64,000 bases of DNA, from IMG/VR virus record IMGVR_UViG_2974580128_000001. One strand, 5' to 3'. Below, piece after piece: positions 54,469-63,864 of the stretch. This stretch comes from a virus. Lineage: Duplodnaviria > Heunggongvirae > Uroviricota > Caudoviricetes > Herelleviridae. The stretch's first letter is position 1, and every line of letters starts with the position of its first letter. The notes below the pieces were generated by a model. It was given only the letters and a program-made list of their open reading frames with translations. It searched no databases and was not told the DNA's origin. A program made the position numbers and the translations under genes.

Positions 54469-54542
54469 TGGACTATACCGGAATTGAACCGATGACCTGT
54501 CAGTTATGAGCTGACGGCTCTGACCCACTGAGCTAATAGTCC
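54469..54542 (-). tRNA. tRNA-Met(CAT)
   Basis: perfect acceptor GGACTAT/ATAGTCC, D-arm GCTCAGTGGGTCAGAGC, anticodon stem GTCAG/CTGAC with loop CTCATAA. Confidence 0.75.
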
Positions 54543-54749
54543 GTGTAATAATACCACGAAATAAACCTTAGTAAGTCATATAGTCCCAGAAAGGGAGACA
54601 TATGAAACTAGTGTTGAATGCCATAATCGTTTAATAAATGTGACTGAGAGAGTAATAAATTTCTTAGGCATGTCCATATGCCTCCTTTCCAATAATGATA
54701 GTTTTAAGATATAAACAGAATAAATAAAAGAGAAAATAATAATGAATAA

Positions 54750-54821
54750 TAGCGCATGAGAGAGTCGAACTCTCGATTCCGGTTCGAAAGACCGGTGTCT
54801 TGACCGCTTGACCAATGCGCC
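54750..54821 (-). tRNA. tRNA-Glu(TTC)
   Basis: anticodon stem CCGGT/ACCGG with loop CTTTCGA, T-arm GAGAGTTCGACTCTCTC. Confidence 0.7.
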
Positions 54822-54826
54822 ATAAA

Positions 54827-54901
54827 CGAGCTATATGGGACTTGAACCCATGACCTTCTCCGTGACAGGGAGACGAGCACTCCTGACTGCTCCAATAGCC
54901 C
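54827..54901 (-). tRNA. tRNA-Asp(GTC)
   Basis: D-arm GAGCAGTCAGGAGTGCTC, anticodon stem TCTCC/GGAGA with loop CTGTCAC, T-arm ATGGGTTCAAGTCCCAT. Confidence 0.7.
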
Positions 54902-55026
54902 ACTGTTTCCCCAACCACCGCCACCTAGGGGATTCGTACGTCTACGTGAGTTTTCTGGTTATACATTATTGTTCAAGACAATAGTTGTACGAGTGGAATA
55001 CCAATTTACCACTCTGCGGTTCCTAT

Positions 55027-55098
55027 TGCGGTAGGTGGGAGTCGAACCCACTAAAGCTTGGTTATGAGCCAAGTGCCTAAACCGTTCGGCATCTCCGC
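55027..55098 (-). tRNA. tRNA with CAT anticodon (second Met or tRNA-Ile2/lysidine type)
   Basis: anticodon stem CTTGG/CCAAG with loop CTCATAA, T-arm GTGGGTTCGACTCCCAC; acceptor has one mismatch. Confidence 0.55.
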
Positions 55099-55801
55099 AG
55101 TAATACAAGTCTGGTTAAAAACTCAAAACTTAATAGATTAAGGGCTTTTCTTCCTGCTTCATATACACTCACTGCATTCGGTCACATACTCAGAGAGGCT
55201 GAACCATCGGGAGCTACCCAATAGCTTCTCTCTGCCTTTAATGTATGGTCTAGCACGGTGGCTAACAACGTTCACCTAAACATTCAGCATTAAAAGTATT
55301 ATTTTACATATAACCCATATGTCTTCTGTAATATTTTCATCCAACGCTGACTTAAGCTACTTGTACCAAGGTCTCTTGTTAAACCTGTATTTCTACAGTT
55401 CTCGTCAAAGGGAGTCTTTTGAGTTTTCCAAGGTCTGCCAAGCTTCTCACACTTCCACCTAACTTGGATTCTTTTCCACAGGAACGTCTATTGTATCCCC
55501 CAAGAGTCTTGTACCTTACAATCCATGTATACTCCACATAACGCTTAACTGATATTAGCTTTTACTAATAGTTACTCCTATGTTACCATAAGACCTACCT
55601 GCAACCCAAAGCACTATCGCACCTTCGGTTACATCCAGATTCACGCCACGTTATCCTAGCAAGCTGTTCAAACTTTCTGCACTAGGTTCAAAATCTATTA
55701 AGTTTTCAATTTTTAACCACTAACTTGTGGTGTAATACTAATATAGCATAACATTACAAAGTTGTAAACACCTTTTTGTAAGTTTTTTTGATTTTTTTTG
55801 A

Positions 55802-55890
55802 TGGAAGGTAAGGGGGTCGAACCCTTACACCGGATTTCTCCGACCTAACTGATTAGCAATCAGCCCTCTTAACCATTTGAGTAACCTTCC
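55802..55890 (-). tRNA. tRNA-Ser(GCT), type II
   Basis: acceptor GGAAGGT/ACCTTCC, anticodon loop TTGCTAA, long variable arm, T-loop TTCGACC. Confidence 0.7.
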
Positions 55891-55999
55891 AAAAGCAAAA
55901 AGGGAACCCCTGTAATTAAACAGGGGTAAGAGAGATGTCTCTAAAAGCCTACAACCATTATAACATAGAAACATAGTTTGTACAGCCGTAACTGTACAA

Positions 56000-56071
56000 C
56001 TGTCAGGACAGGGTTCGAACCTGTATCGCAACCTTCAAAGGGTCGTGTCCTACCTGTTAGACGACCTGACA
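56000..56071 (-). tRNA. tRNA-Gln(TTG) (U1:A72)
   Basis: perfect acceptor TGTCAGG/CCTGACA, anticodon stem CGACC/GGTTG with loop CTTTGAA, T-arm ACAGGTTCGAACCCTGT. Confidence 0.7.
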
Positions 56072-56163
56072 AAAAGGTGGAACCTCCCTAAATTTGGGGA
56101 AGAGGGAGGTTCTCATGCTATTAACAAACACGAATTTGCTAACCAAGTAATCTTGACTAGCAA

Positions 56164-56234
56164 CTCACCTAGCAGGACTTGAACCTACAAGAACTGGTTA
56201 ACAGCCAGTCATGATACCGTTTCATCATAGGTGA
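56164..56234 (-). tRNA. tRNA-Asn(GTT)
   Basis: perfect acceptor TCACCTA/TAGGTGA, anticodon stem ACTGG/CCAGT with loop CTGTTAA, T-arm TAGGTTCAAGTCCTG. Confidence 0.65.
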
Positions 56235-56461
56235 ATTTTAGTTCTATCAACATTATAACACAAAAGCTGATAGAACTAGCAACTTTTTTACAAACTTAAC
56301 AACTTTTTTCTTAACTACTGATTCAGCAACTTACTCAATAGTTAAAGACTTAAAGAAAGAGGAAGTAATTGAGGTATGTCAATCACTAACTAAAGTATAC
56401 AACATTTTTATTATCCTGACAACAACTAAATGCAAAAAAGTTCAAAAAAGATTATAAATAG

Positions 56462-56626
56462 TTAAATTATCAGAATATTCAAATTAATGTCCTATTTTAA
56501 ATTTTTGACCTCCTTATATACTTAATACTATATATTAAATCTATATATCTAAATTATATAAATATTAGACCATATATTATTAATATATATAAGACTTACA
56601 AAAAATTAAAATAGGACATTTTTCTG
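56462..56626. repeat. ~165-bp AT-rich element with 20-bp terminal inverted repeats (copy 1)
   Basis: aatgtcctattttaaattttt ... [AT-rich core with atactatatat] ... aaaaattaaaataggacatttt; a second copy lies at 61970-62094. Confidence 0.6.
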
Positions 56627-56669
56627 ACAATTCACTTTTAGATAAAAAGAAAGAGAGCAAAATGCCCTC

Positions 56670-57008
56670 TTACCGTGTTTCAAAGTATTCCTTGATTGTA
56701 TACTCTCTAGCTTCTTTAGCTTCCTCAGTTTCATCTTTAGGAGCTAAATACAATTTAGTAATTGTAGCGGGTACCTCTACCATCTTATAGTCAATAAAAG
56801 TAGCTTGACGTAGATTTAAGTATCGGATACCTGTTGTTCTATCAGTACCTGTATGAACAGGCAAGAAAGTTAATTCTTTACCTCTGACAGAGCCATTAGC
56901 TTGCGTTAGTGCATCAACTACAGTTCCGCCCATATAGCGTGGAAATAGGTAAACCTTGTCAGTACCTACTGTAATTTCTGCGACCTTTTCGTGTGTTGGA
57001 TAGTTCAC
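56670..57008 (-). CDS. hypothetical protein
   Basis: 112-aa ORF, RBS gaaaggagaaatt. Confidence 0.5.
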   Translation of the reverse strand: MNYPTHEKVAEITVGTDKVYLFPRYMGGTVVDALTQANGSVRGKELTFLPVHTGTDRTTGIRYLNLRQATFIDYKMVEVPATITKLYLAPKDETEEAKEAREYTIKEYFETR

Positions 57009-57062
57009 TTATAATTTCTCCTTTCAGAATATGCTATAATTACAGTATAAGTATAACACATT

Positions 57063-57410
57063 CTATGGTTTAAAAATGCTGAACACGTAAGTCACAACCG
57101 CACCGAGAACAATCATGAAGATGTTTTCCACGATGTCTCTTTTATGGTCAAACTCTTTGTCGTTTACACCTTCGAGAGCATCAATGGTTTCTTCCAGTTT
57201 TGTAATCTGGTACGTAAGATGTGAATATTTCTCTTCATGAACAGCTAACCTTTTATCAAGACTGTTAACGATGTCCTTCAATTCACTAACTGCATTATTC
57301 AGTTCTGTGTTGTCCTGTTTAATGCCCTTCTCAGTTAGTTCTCCATGTTGGAGCTTGTCTTCCAATCGTTGCAGTCTTAATACTAGGTCACCTACTTGGT
57401 AATCGTTCAT
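57063..57410 (-). CDS. XhlA-like coiled-coil protein with C-terminal TM anchor (lysis-associated)
   Basis: long coiled coil then ..IFMIVLGAVVTYVFSIFKP hydrophobic tail, resembling the XhlA family. Confidence 0.45.
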   Translation of the reverse strand: MNDYQVGDLVLRLQRLEDKLQHGELTEKGIKQDNTELNNAVSELKDIVNSLDKRLAVHEEKYSHLTYQITKLEETIDALEGVNDKEFDHKRDIVENIFMIVLGAVVTYVFSIFKP

Positions 57411-57449
57411 TTGTGCTCCCCCTCTCGGTTGTATAGCTCAATCTCCCGG

Positions 57450-57707
57450 TCAGTTAGAAAACCACATGTAACCGCCTATGCCCAGAATACATCCGACAAG
57501 GTAAATAATTGGAGTATACAGCCCAATGAAGAGCATAACCACGCTACCAACACTAAGTCCGTATAGTATCAAAAGATACTTATACGATGCCAAAGGACTT
57601 AAATCTGCTTGCAGTTTTTTGTACTGTATAGCTCGGGTGACATAGTAGGATGCTGAGTAAACGAACAACTGTAGCAATAACATAGCAATAAATGCTAGTC
57701 GGTACAT
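57450..57707 (-). CDS. small 3-TM membrane protein (holin-like)
   Basis: 85 aa with three hydrophobic helices; adjacent to XhlA-like gene. Confidence 0.4.
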   Translation of the reverse strand: MYRLAFIAMLLLQLFVYSASYYVTRAIQYKKLQADLSPLASYKYLLILYGLSVGSVVMLFIGLYTPIIYLVGCILGIGGYMWFSN

Positions 57708-57825
57708 TCTATCGCCTCTCTTCTTTCCTAGAGCTATCTTTAATATAGTACACCAAAGCCTTTATAATCAGGTGTGCTAGATTAGATATGTAGGCTAAAA
57801 AATATAAACGGAAGAGTGAGAAAAA

Positions 57826-58095
57826 GTGAAGGTACGGAAAAAATTATTATACAAATCAATTTTTATCACCATCTCTGTTATCATCATGATTTGTGCAAGC
57901 AAGCTGATTGCAGATGTGCTAGGCTTAGAACAACATTTTACAGCAACAATGCTTGTAGGAGGTTCTTTGTGGGCTTGGATAGCTAGTATTGTCTTTGATT
58001 CTTCTGAGAAGAGAAAAAAGAAGGATAATCTACAGCAACAGCTTAATGAAGCACTGCGTGATTTAAAAGAGATAAAAGCGTTAATCAAAAAATAA
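57826..58095 (+). CDS. small membrane protein with basic coiled-coil tail
   Basis: 89 aa; two TM segments then a K/R-rich helix. Confidence 0.45.
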   Translation: MKVRKKLLYKSIFITISVIIMICASKLIADVLGLEQHFTATMLVGGSLWAWIASIVFDSSEKRKKKDNLQQQLNEALRDLKEIKALIKK

Positions 58096-58105
58096 TTAAT
58101 AAGGG

Positions 58106-58393
58106 GTGGAGGATATGTCCCTTACAAGAGAAGAAATAAAGCAAAAAAGGCAGTATATTTTTAGCAAAGCTCAAAAGACGACAAATATACGAAAAGGGGA
58201 TAAACGCATAGCAAGTGCTACACGGATGTGTGCAGTATGTGGAAGACCGTTGTCCAGACTTGTTCTTACTAATGGTTCTGCAATAGTTACTACAGCACAT
58301 GTAAGCTGTAAGATGTCAGATTTAGTACGATTGAACATGTGCGAAGACATACGGTCTTGCTATGCGTATACAAGTAAAAAGGGGGAGGAATAG
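58106..58393 (+). CDS. hypothetical basic protein
   Basis: 95-aa ORF, RBS aaggggtggagg. Confidence 0.5.
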   Translation: MEDMSLTREEIKQKRQYIFSKAQKTTNIRKGDKRIASATRMCAVCGRPLSRLVLTNGSAIVTTAHVSCKMSDLVRLNMCEDIRSCYAYTSKKGEE

Positions 58394-58826
58394 CCACATG
58401 AGTATGGCAGACCGTATTAAAGAAAATGCTGAACAAAAGAAAATGGAACGTACATCCGAACAACGATTACGTGACACATTTAATAATGCTTCTCTCACGT
58501 TAATTAACCAGTTCATGGCTAAAGTTATGGCAGGTTCAATAGACATAGATGACGTTGGGGATTTAACCCGTCTATTCCAAATCTACATGCAGATTAATAA
58601 TATCAATGCAGGAATGCAAGAGGGAACTGGTCAATTACCTGCTCTTAGTGCTACACAAAAAGATATTATTGCAGACAAGGTAAGCACTGAAAAGGCTACC
58701 ATAGACGGAGAGGAGGAGGAAGTTGTTTCGTTGGAGGAATTAGCTAAATTATCGGATGAAGAGATTGATAAGATGCTATTGGATAAGGAAATCCAAATGA
58801 ACAAAGAAAACGAAGCAACGTTTTAA
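58362..58826 (+). CDS. hypothetical protein (position suggests terminase small subunit)
   Basis: 154 aa; TAATG-coupled to the terminase large-subunit exon 1. Confidence 0.4.
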   Translation: MRIQVKRGRNSHMSMADRIKENAEQKKMERTSEQRLRDTFNNASLTLINQFMAKVMAGSIDIDDVGDLTRLFQIYMQINNINAGMQEGTGQLPALSATQKDIIADKVSTEKATIDGEEEEVVSLEELAKLSDEEIDKMLLDKEIQMNKENEATF

Positions 58827-59887
58827 TGACAAATAAAGCACAACATATTGCTAAAATGGCAAAAGAAATGTATGGGACGGACAAAATAACAACTGCACAG
58901 CTTGCCTACATCACAGACATGTTAACTCCGTCCACATATTTACTAAGAAACCACTCCGTTCGTAATCATCCGATTACATTTATGATTTCCGGACGTGACC
59001 AACAAAAAGCCCAAGCGCATAGACCTTGGCAAGTAAAAATTATTAATGACCAACATCGAACAAAGGCAGTTATTAAATCACGGCAATTAGGGCTTTCAGA
59101 AATGGGTGTAGGAACCATGCTACACTTTGCAGATACACATAGTTATGATGCAGTTAAGTGTTTGTATACCTTCCCAACAAACGAACAAATGACTAAATTC
59201 GTACAAACACGTCTTGACCCCGTATTGCAACGTGGTTATTACAGTACGATTATTGACCCAGAAGTAGACTCATTAAAGGCTAAGAAGATTCGTAATAGCT
59301 TTTTATACTTCCGTTCAAGTTCTAAACCGGGAGCTGTAGAGGGGGTCGATATTGATTACCTATCTATGGATGAGTACGACCGTGTTCCTGCATTAGCCGA
59401 AGCTTCTGCGTTGGAATCTATGTCATCTTCTCCATATAAGATTGTTACTCGTTGGTCTACCCCATCAGCTCCTGATGTAGGTATCCATGCTTTGTTTGAA
59501 CAGTCTGACCAATACTGGTACCTACACAAATGTGATAAGTGTAACCATTATAACCAAATGAACTATGAAGATTATGTACCAGAGGCACCAGTGGAACGTA
59601 GAGGGAACATCCTTTGTGTAAATCCTAAAGGGGTAGACCCAATTGCTAAAACAGTTGTGGATGGCTCCTTCCAATTCGTTTGTCAAAAATGTGGAGAGCC
59701 ATTAGACCGTTGGTACAATGGTATATGGGTTCCTAAATATCCAGACCGTACTAAAAATGGTCTAGGTATTCGAGGATACATGATTTCTCAAATGAATGCT
59801 GTTTGGGTATCTGCTGACCAATTAAAAACAAAAGAGCTTACATCACTATCGAAACAAGCGTTCTATAACTATACGTTGGGTGAATAA
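58826..59887 (+). CDS. terL: terminase large subunit, ATPase portion (exon 1 of an apparently split gene)
   Basis: deviant Walker A KSRQLGLSE resembling T4 gp17 SRQLGKT; ...DIDYLSMDEYDRV Walker-B-like; ORF ends abruptly before the nuclease domain. Confidence 0.6.
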   Translation: MTNKAQHIAKMAKEMYGTDKITTAQLAYITDMLTPSTYLLRNHSVRNHPITFMISGRDQQKAQAHRPWQVKIINDQHRTKAVIKSRQLGLSEMGVGTMLHFADTHSYDAVKCLYTFPTNEQMTKFVQTRLDPVLQRGYYSTIIDPEVDSLKAKKIRNSFLYFRSSSKPGAVEGVDIDYLSMDEYDRVPALAEASALESMSSSPYKIVTRWSTPSAPDVGIHALFEQSDQYWYLHKCDKCNHYNQMNYEDYVPEAPVERRGNILCVNPKGVDPIAKTVVDGSFQFVCQKCGEPLDRWYNGIWVPKYPDRTKNGLGIRGYMISQMNAVWVSADQLKTKELTSLSKQAFYNYTLGE

Positions 59888-61150
59888 CGCCCCTTCAATT
59901 GGCAACAATTGTCGAAAACTCTGTTAAACGGGCATAGGAAAATAACCAATATCCTGATAAGAGACCCTGCCTCCTGAAAAGGAAAGAGGGAATCCCGTGC
60001 TAAATCACTTGGTAACAAGTGTAAATGCCTAACGACTAAACTTCTAGGTAGCTAACCAAATGGGGTTAGTGAGAACTAGATAAGAACTACAAGACATTCT
60101 AAGTATGCTATTATAATTACTGAGAGGTGATTAGATGGCAAAGAAACAAACCACTGAAACATTTACAGCTCGGGTAGCTGAACTTACTAACAATGAATAT
60201 ACAGTTGTTGGTGAATATGTAAATAACAAAACAAAAATAGCTATAACTCACACAACGTGTAACACTACTTATCTAGTTAAACCAAAAGGTTTTTTGGATG
60301 GTAACCGATGCCCTCATTGTAGAAATAAGCTACGAGGAGCTAAGCAAAAGACACAAGAGCAGTTCGCAGAAGAGGTTGCAAACTTAACGGATAACGAGTA
60401 CATCGTTGTAGGGGAGTATACAGGAGCTACTAACAAAGTAGCAGTCCAACATAGAATATGTGGTAACTCATGGAGAGTTTCTCCGAATAGTTTTTTATCC
60501 CGAGGAACACGATGCCCTACGTGCGCAAGGAACATGACAGCACAGGAGCAGAGATACTCTACAGAGCAGTTTATCAAAAAATTAGAGGAACGCTTTCCGA
60601 AAGAATACACATTATTGTCTGAGTACATGGGTAGCAAGAAAAAAGTTTTGGTACGTCACAACCGCTGTGGTAATGAGTGGGAAATCAAAGCAAGTCATTT
60701 GCTACACCATAATATGTGTCCTAGGTGTAAGTCATCGAGAGGTGAAGCATTGATTCGGAAGTATCTAACAAATATAGGTTTGGGATTTACAGAACAGAAA
60801 ACCTTCCCTAATTTAGAACTTAAAAAACCATTATCCTATGATTTCTATATACCTAGTAAGCAATTGCTGATTGAATATCAAGGTATACAACACTATGAAC
60901 CAATAGCTCACTTCGGTGGAGCTGAACGGTTTAAACTCCAACAGGAGAGCGATGAAAGAAAACGAAAATACGCAGGTGAGCATGGGTTACTATTAGTGGA
61001 AGTACCTTACTCACTCGATACAATAGAAAAGGTATCGGCATACTTAGAAAAGGAAATAAAACTTGTAGTGTAAAGCAGAGCAACCTAAACCAAAAAAAAG
61101 TAGGTTGATGATATAGTCTAGTCCGACTGCCAAGAGCAGTAACAAAATAC
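59888..61150 (+). mobile_element. intron-like insertion within terL carrying a homing-endonuclease ORF
   Basis: ~1.26 kb between the two terL reading frames; structured non-coding flanks (59888-60134, 61074-61150) around the endonuclease ORF. Confidence 0.45.
60135..61073 (+). CDS. endonuclease with three zinc-ribbon DNA-binding repeats and a C-terminal DUF559 / Vsr-like (PD-(D/E)xK) nuclease domain
   Basis: three repeats of ..NEY(T/I)VVGEY...C..C..; C-terminal YDFYIP...LIEYQG..H matches the DUF559/Vsr-like pattern. Confidence 0.6.
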   Translation: MAKKQTTETFTARVAELTNNEYTVVGEYVNNKTKIAITHTTCNTTYLVKPKGFLDGNRCPHCRNKLRGAKQKTQEQFAEEVANLTDNEYIVVGEYTGATNKVAVQHRICGNSWRVSPNSFLSRGTRCPTCARNMTAQEQRYSTEQFIKKLEERFPKEYTLLSEYMGSKKKVLVRHNRCGNEWEIKASHLLHHNMCPRCKSSRGEALIRKYLTNIGLGFTEQKTFPNLELKKPLSYDFYIPSKQLLIEYQGIQHYEPIAHFGGAERFKLQQESDERKRKYAGEHGLLLVEVPYSLDTIEKVSAYLEKEIKLVV

Positions 61151-61951
61151 TACGAAAGTAGCGGTAGTTCGTATCCTTACGCAGACCAAAAACTTACTGT
61201 TAATGCCGGTGACGTAGAACGTAACAGACGTGGAGACCTCCCAGAGTCCCCTAGAGACCGTGGAGATTACAAGTTTATCTCTGTAGGCATTGACTGGGGA
61301 AACAGACATTGGGTGTCCATTCATGGCGTTAGAACGAATGGTCAAGTGGATTTAATTAAATTGTTCTCTGTAGGTAAAGCTAACCCATTAAACCCTGATG
61401 CGATTGATACAGATATTCAGTCAATTCGATTACAATTAGCACCATATGAACCTGATATTATCGTTGCCGATGTTGGTGACTCTGGTGATAAAGTTGCTAA
61501 ACTGATTCAGATTTATGGCAAAGACCGTGTATTTGGTTGTGTATATCCATCTACACCTAAATCTACAGGTAACTTAGTACCAAGTTGGAATGTTCAAGGT
61601 AACAAGGTGTCTGCTGATAAGTTAATGCAGAATAAACGATACATTTCAAATATGAAAGATGGAGTTATTGGTTTCTACCACAAAATGGATAGTGAGCTAA
61701 TGCTTTACATTGAACACTGGGGAAATGTAGTAATTCGTGATGAGGAGGATGAAAAATCCCCTACAGGATTCCGACAAACCATCGGACGTAAAGGTGATGA
61801 CCACTATTCACAAGCTAGTGTTTATTCCATGTTAGGTTATGAACATTTGATGAACGTATTTACAGGGGCAGATGACTATGGGTTTAACTCTGATTGGATT
61901 TCTACTCAATTAAACCCTACACCTCCTGATATTTTTACTCAGTTTACTTAA
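61150..61951 (+). CDS. terL: terminase large subunit, nuclease portion (exon 2; 5' boundary approximate)
   Basis: frame open from ~61150; ..YKFISVGIDWGNRHW.. matches the first catalytic-Asp motif of terminase RNase-H-like nuclease domains; ORF-track start 61313 is a GTG inside this frame. Confidence 0.5.
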
Positions 61952-61969
61952 AAAAGCAAAATGTCCTAT

Positions 61970-62094
61970 TTTAATTTTTCTACGTCCTTATATATTAATA
62001 CTATATATCTATATACCTATATCTAGTTATTAAGTATATATAGTATAATATATTATATAAGGGAGACAAAAATTTAAAATAGGACATTTTTATT
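61970..62094. repeat. ~165-bp AT-rich element with terminal inverted repeats (copy 2)
   Basis: aaatgtcctattttaatttttc ... gacaaaaatttaaaataggacatttt; same termini and atactatatat core as 56462-56626. Confidence 0.6.
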
Positions 62095-62106
62095 AAATTA
62101 GCTATT

Positions 62107-62135
62107 GATTGACAAAAAATAATATGCTATTATAC
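62107..62135 (+). promoter_or_regulatory. sigma-A-type promoter upstream of 62195..63040
   Basis: TTGACA followed ~17 nt later by TATACT in tagctattgattgacaaaaaataatatgctattatactact. Confidence 0.45.
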
Positions 62136-62194
62136 TACTTGTCAATAATAGCAATAGTTATTTTTCTTGTCATAACAATAAAGGAGACGTTTAC

Positions 62195-63040
62195 ATGAAT
62201 GACAATCAAGAATACCAAGCTCTTGTTGATAATCTTCTTAGCTCTGTTCCAGAATTTAAACCTGTAGAAGCTACAGTCAGTAAATCCTTTTTAGAAGGTA
62301 TGCTAGGCAAGAAGCTAGACTACGGGTACGTTATATCAGAAAATGAAAAATTATCAAAAGACTATTCACATATTGTGAAGGCTTATGGTTTCAACTCCTT
62401 TTATGACCTATACTGCTATGCTGATAGTTGTGATTCACTAAATGACTATTTAATTAAAGGCGGTCAAAAAGATTTATCAAAGTTGAAGCCAGTTAAAAGA
62501 CGAGTAATGAGAAATGGTAAAATGATGACGACTACTATCTACGAAGACAGTTCCGGAGAAGATGATGATAAAAACCCATTAGATAAGGACACTCAAACAG
62601 AGGAAAATGTTGAGCCAAGAAATGCTAGAGATTTAAGCAAAACAATTATTGGAAATGACCATAATGGTATAGACCCAAAACAAATTGCTAAACTTAAAAC
62701 TGAGGCAGGTAATCTAAATGGGACATTTTCAACTGATTGTTCTTCATACTTAGTTCTTCAAGGAGAAACCGGAGAACTTGGTGGTGTGGCAGGTTATCGT
62801 AAAGAGGGTAGCTATTTATATTTAGCTTTCTACCAATCAGACGACCTTACAAGTGGAGTGGCTTATGTAGCATTTACACAACTATTGTTACGTGCTCGTA
62901 AACTTGGCTTAGGTGCTAAGATTGATGCTACTGACGACCCGTTAGCACTAGAATTATTTAAAGAATACGGACTTAAAAAAAGTGGTAGTTGTTATATAAT
63001 TTCCAAGAGTTCCCTACTGGAAGCGCTTGGGGAGCCATGA
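62195..63040 (+). CDS. hypothetical late protein
   Basis: 281-aa ORF, RBS aaaggagacg. Confidence 0.55.
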   Translation: MNDNQEYQALVDNLLSSVPEFKPVEATVSKSFLEGMLGKKLDYGYVISENEKLSKDYSHIVKAYGFNSFYDLYCYADSCDSLNDYLIKGGQKDLSKLKPVKRRVMRNGKMMTTTIYEDSSGEDDDKNPLDKDTQTEENVEPRNARDLSKTIIGNDHNGIDPKQIAKLKTEAGNLNGTFSTDCSSYLVLQGETGELGGVAGYRKEGSYLYLAFYQSDDLTSGVAYVAFTQLLLRARKLGLGAKIDATDDPLALELFKEYGLKKSGSCYIISKSSLLEALGEP

Positions 63041-63864
63041 TTTCAACTTTTGAGTTATTTTTAATTTTAGCCTTCTCAACAACCGTGTTTATATGCTATA
63101 ATCTTTTTGTAGCTCAAACAGTCAAGACAATTTTTGATTTGAGAAAAAAGGCACAAGTTGTGCTAACTGAAAGAGCAACTGAGCTAACGAAGAAGTTAAC
63201 AAACATACTGAAAGGGGATGTACAGGAGTTGCCAGAGAAAGAAAATGTAATTATTAACGAACAAACACTCTCTGACTTGTTAGTCGAAAAAGCAAGCGAT
63301 GCCGACTACAAATTGTTCATTGAGAAACTGACAGAGATTGTAAAGGATTTATATTCAAATTATCAATTCCTTCGTCAAGACCCACAACCCGATGATTTCA
63401 TGTCAGGTTATTTTTTAGGGTTCCAAGTTTTTAGAGAGGAATACCCTGTCGAATATGAGTATTTATTCCGATTAGCTATTGACCGTGGGTTAGACGATAT
63501 TAAAATCAATAAACTCTTTGTCGAAGCTTTACAAAACGGAGAGGTATTACCATTAGGAGATGCCATTGTAGACCCTAACTTGTCCGGATGCAGTTCTATC
63601 CTTCAAGCACAAGAAGTACGTGTAAACATTGTATTCGCACCTAAAGCATACATGGAGCGTAAAGAAGAGCTGATTGAAGAAAAAACTGCTGAAATGGAAA
63701 AGCAGAAGAAAGAGCAACAAGAACTAGCAATCCAAAAAGACAACGTGGTTAAATCTGCACGTCTTGCTGAGGCTGTCATTAACGAATTAGTGGATGAAGT
63801 CGCAGAAAAACACGAACTACAAGAACTCGTTAAACAAATTAAAGAAAGCATGAGGTATTTCTAA
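63036..63864 (+). CDS. coiled-coil late protein (possible scaffold-like)
   Basis: ORF track 62989..63864; ATG 63036 overlaps upstream TGA (ATGA); long Glu/Lys/Gln-rich helices. Confidence 0.45.

Noticed and set aside
54576-54924. Three overlapping minus-strand ORFs (79, 86, 63 aa)
   Set aside because: They overlap tRNA-Glu and tRNA-Asp and each other in different frames; no RBS; artefacts of the ORF-free tRNA region
55825-56031. 68-aa minus-strand ORF
   Set aside because: Spans tRNA-Ser(GCT) and runs into tRNA-Gln; translation of tRNA sequence
56462-56626. Calling the 165-bp inverted-repeat elements an IS or transposon
   Set aside because: No transposase or any ORF inside or adjacent; no obvious target-site duplication by eye. 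Kept only as a repeat with mobile element as one hypothesis.
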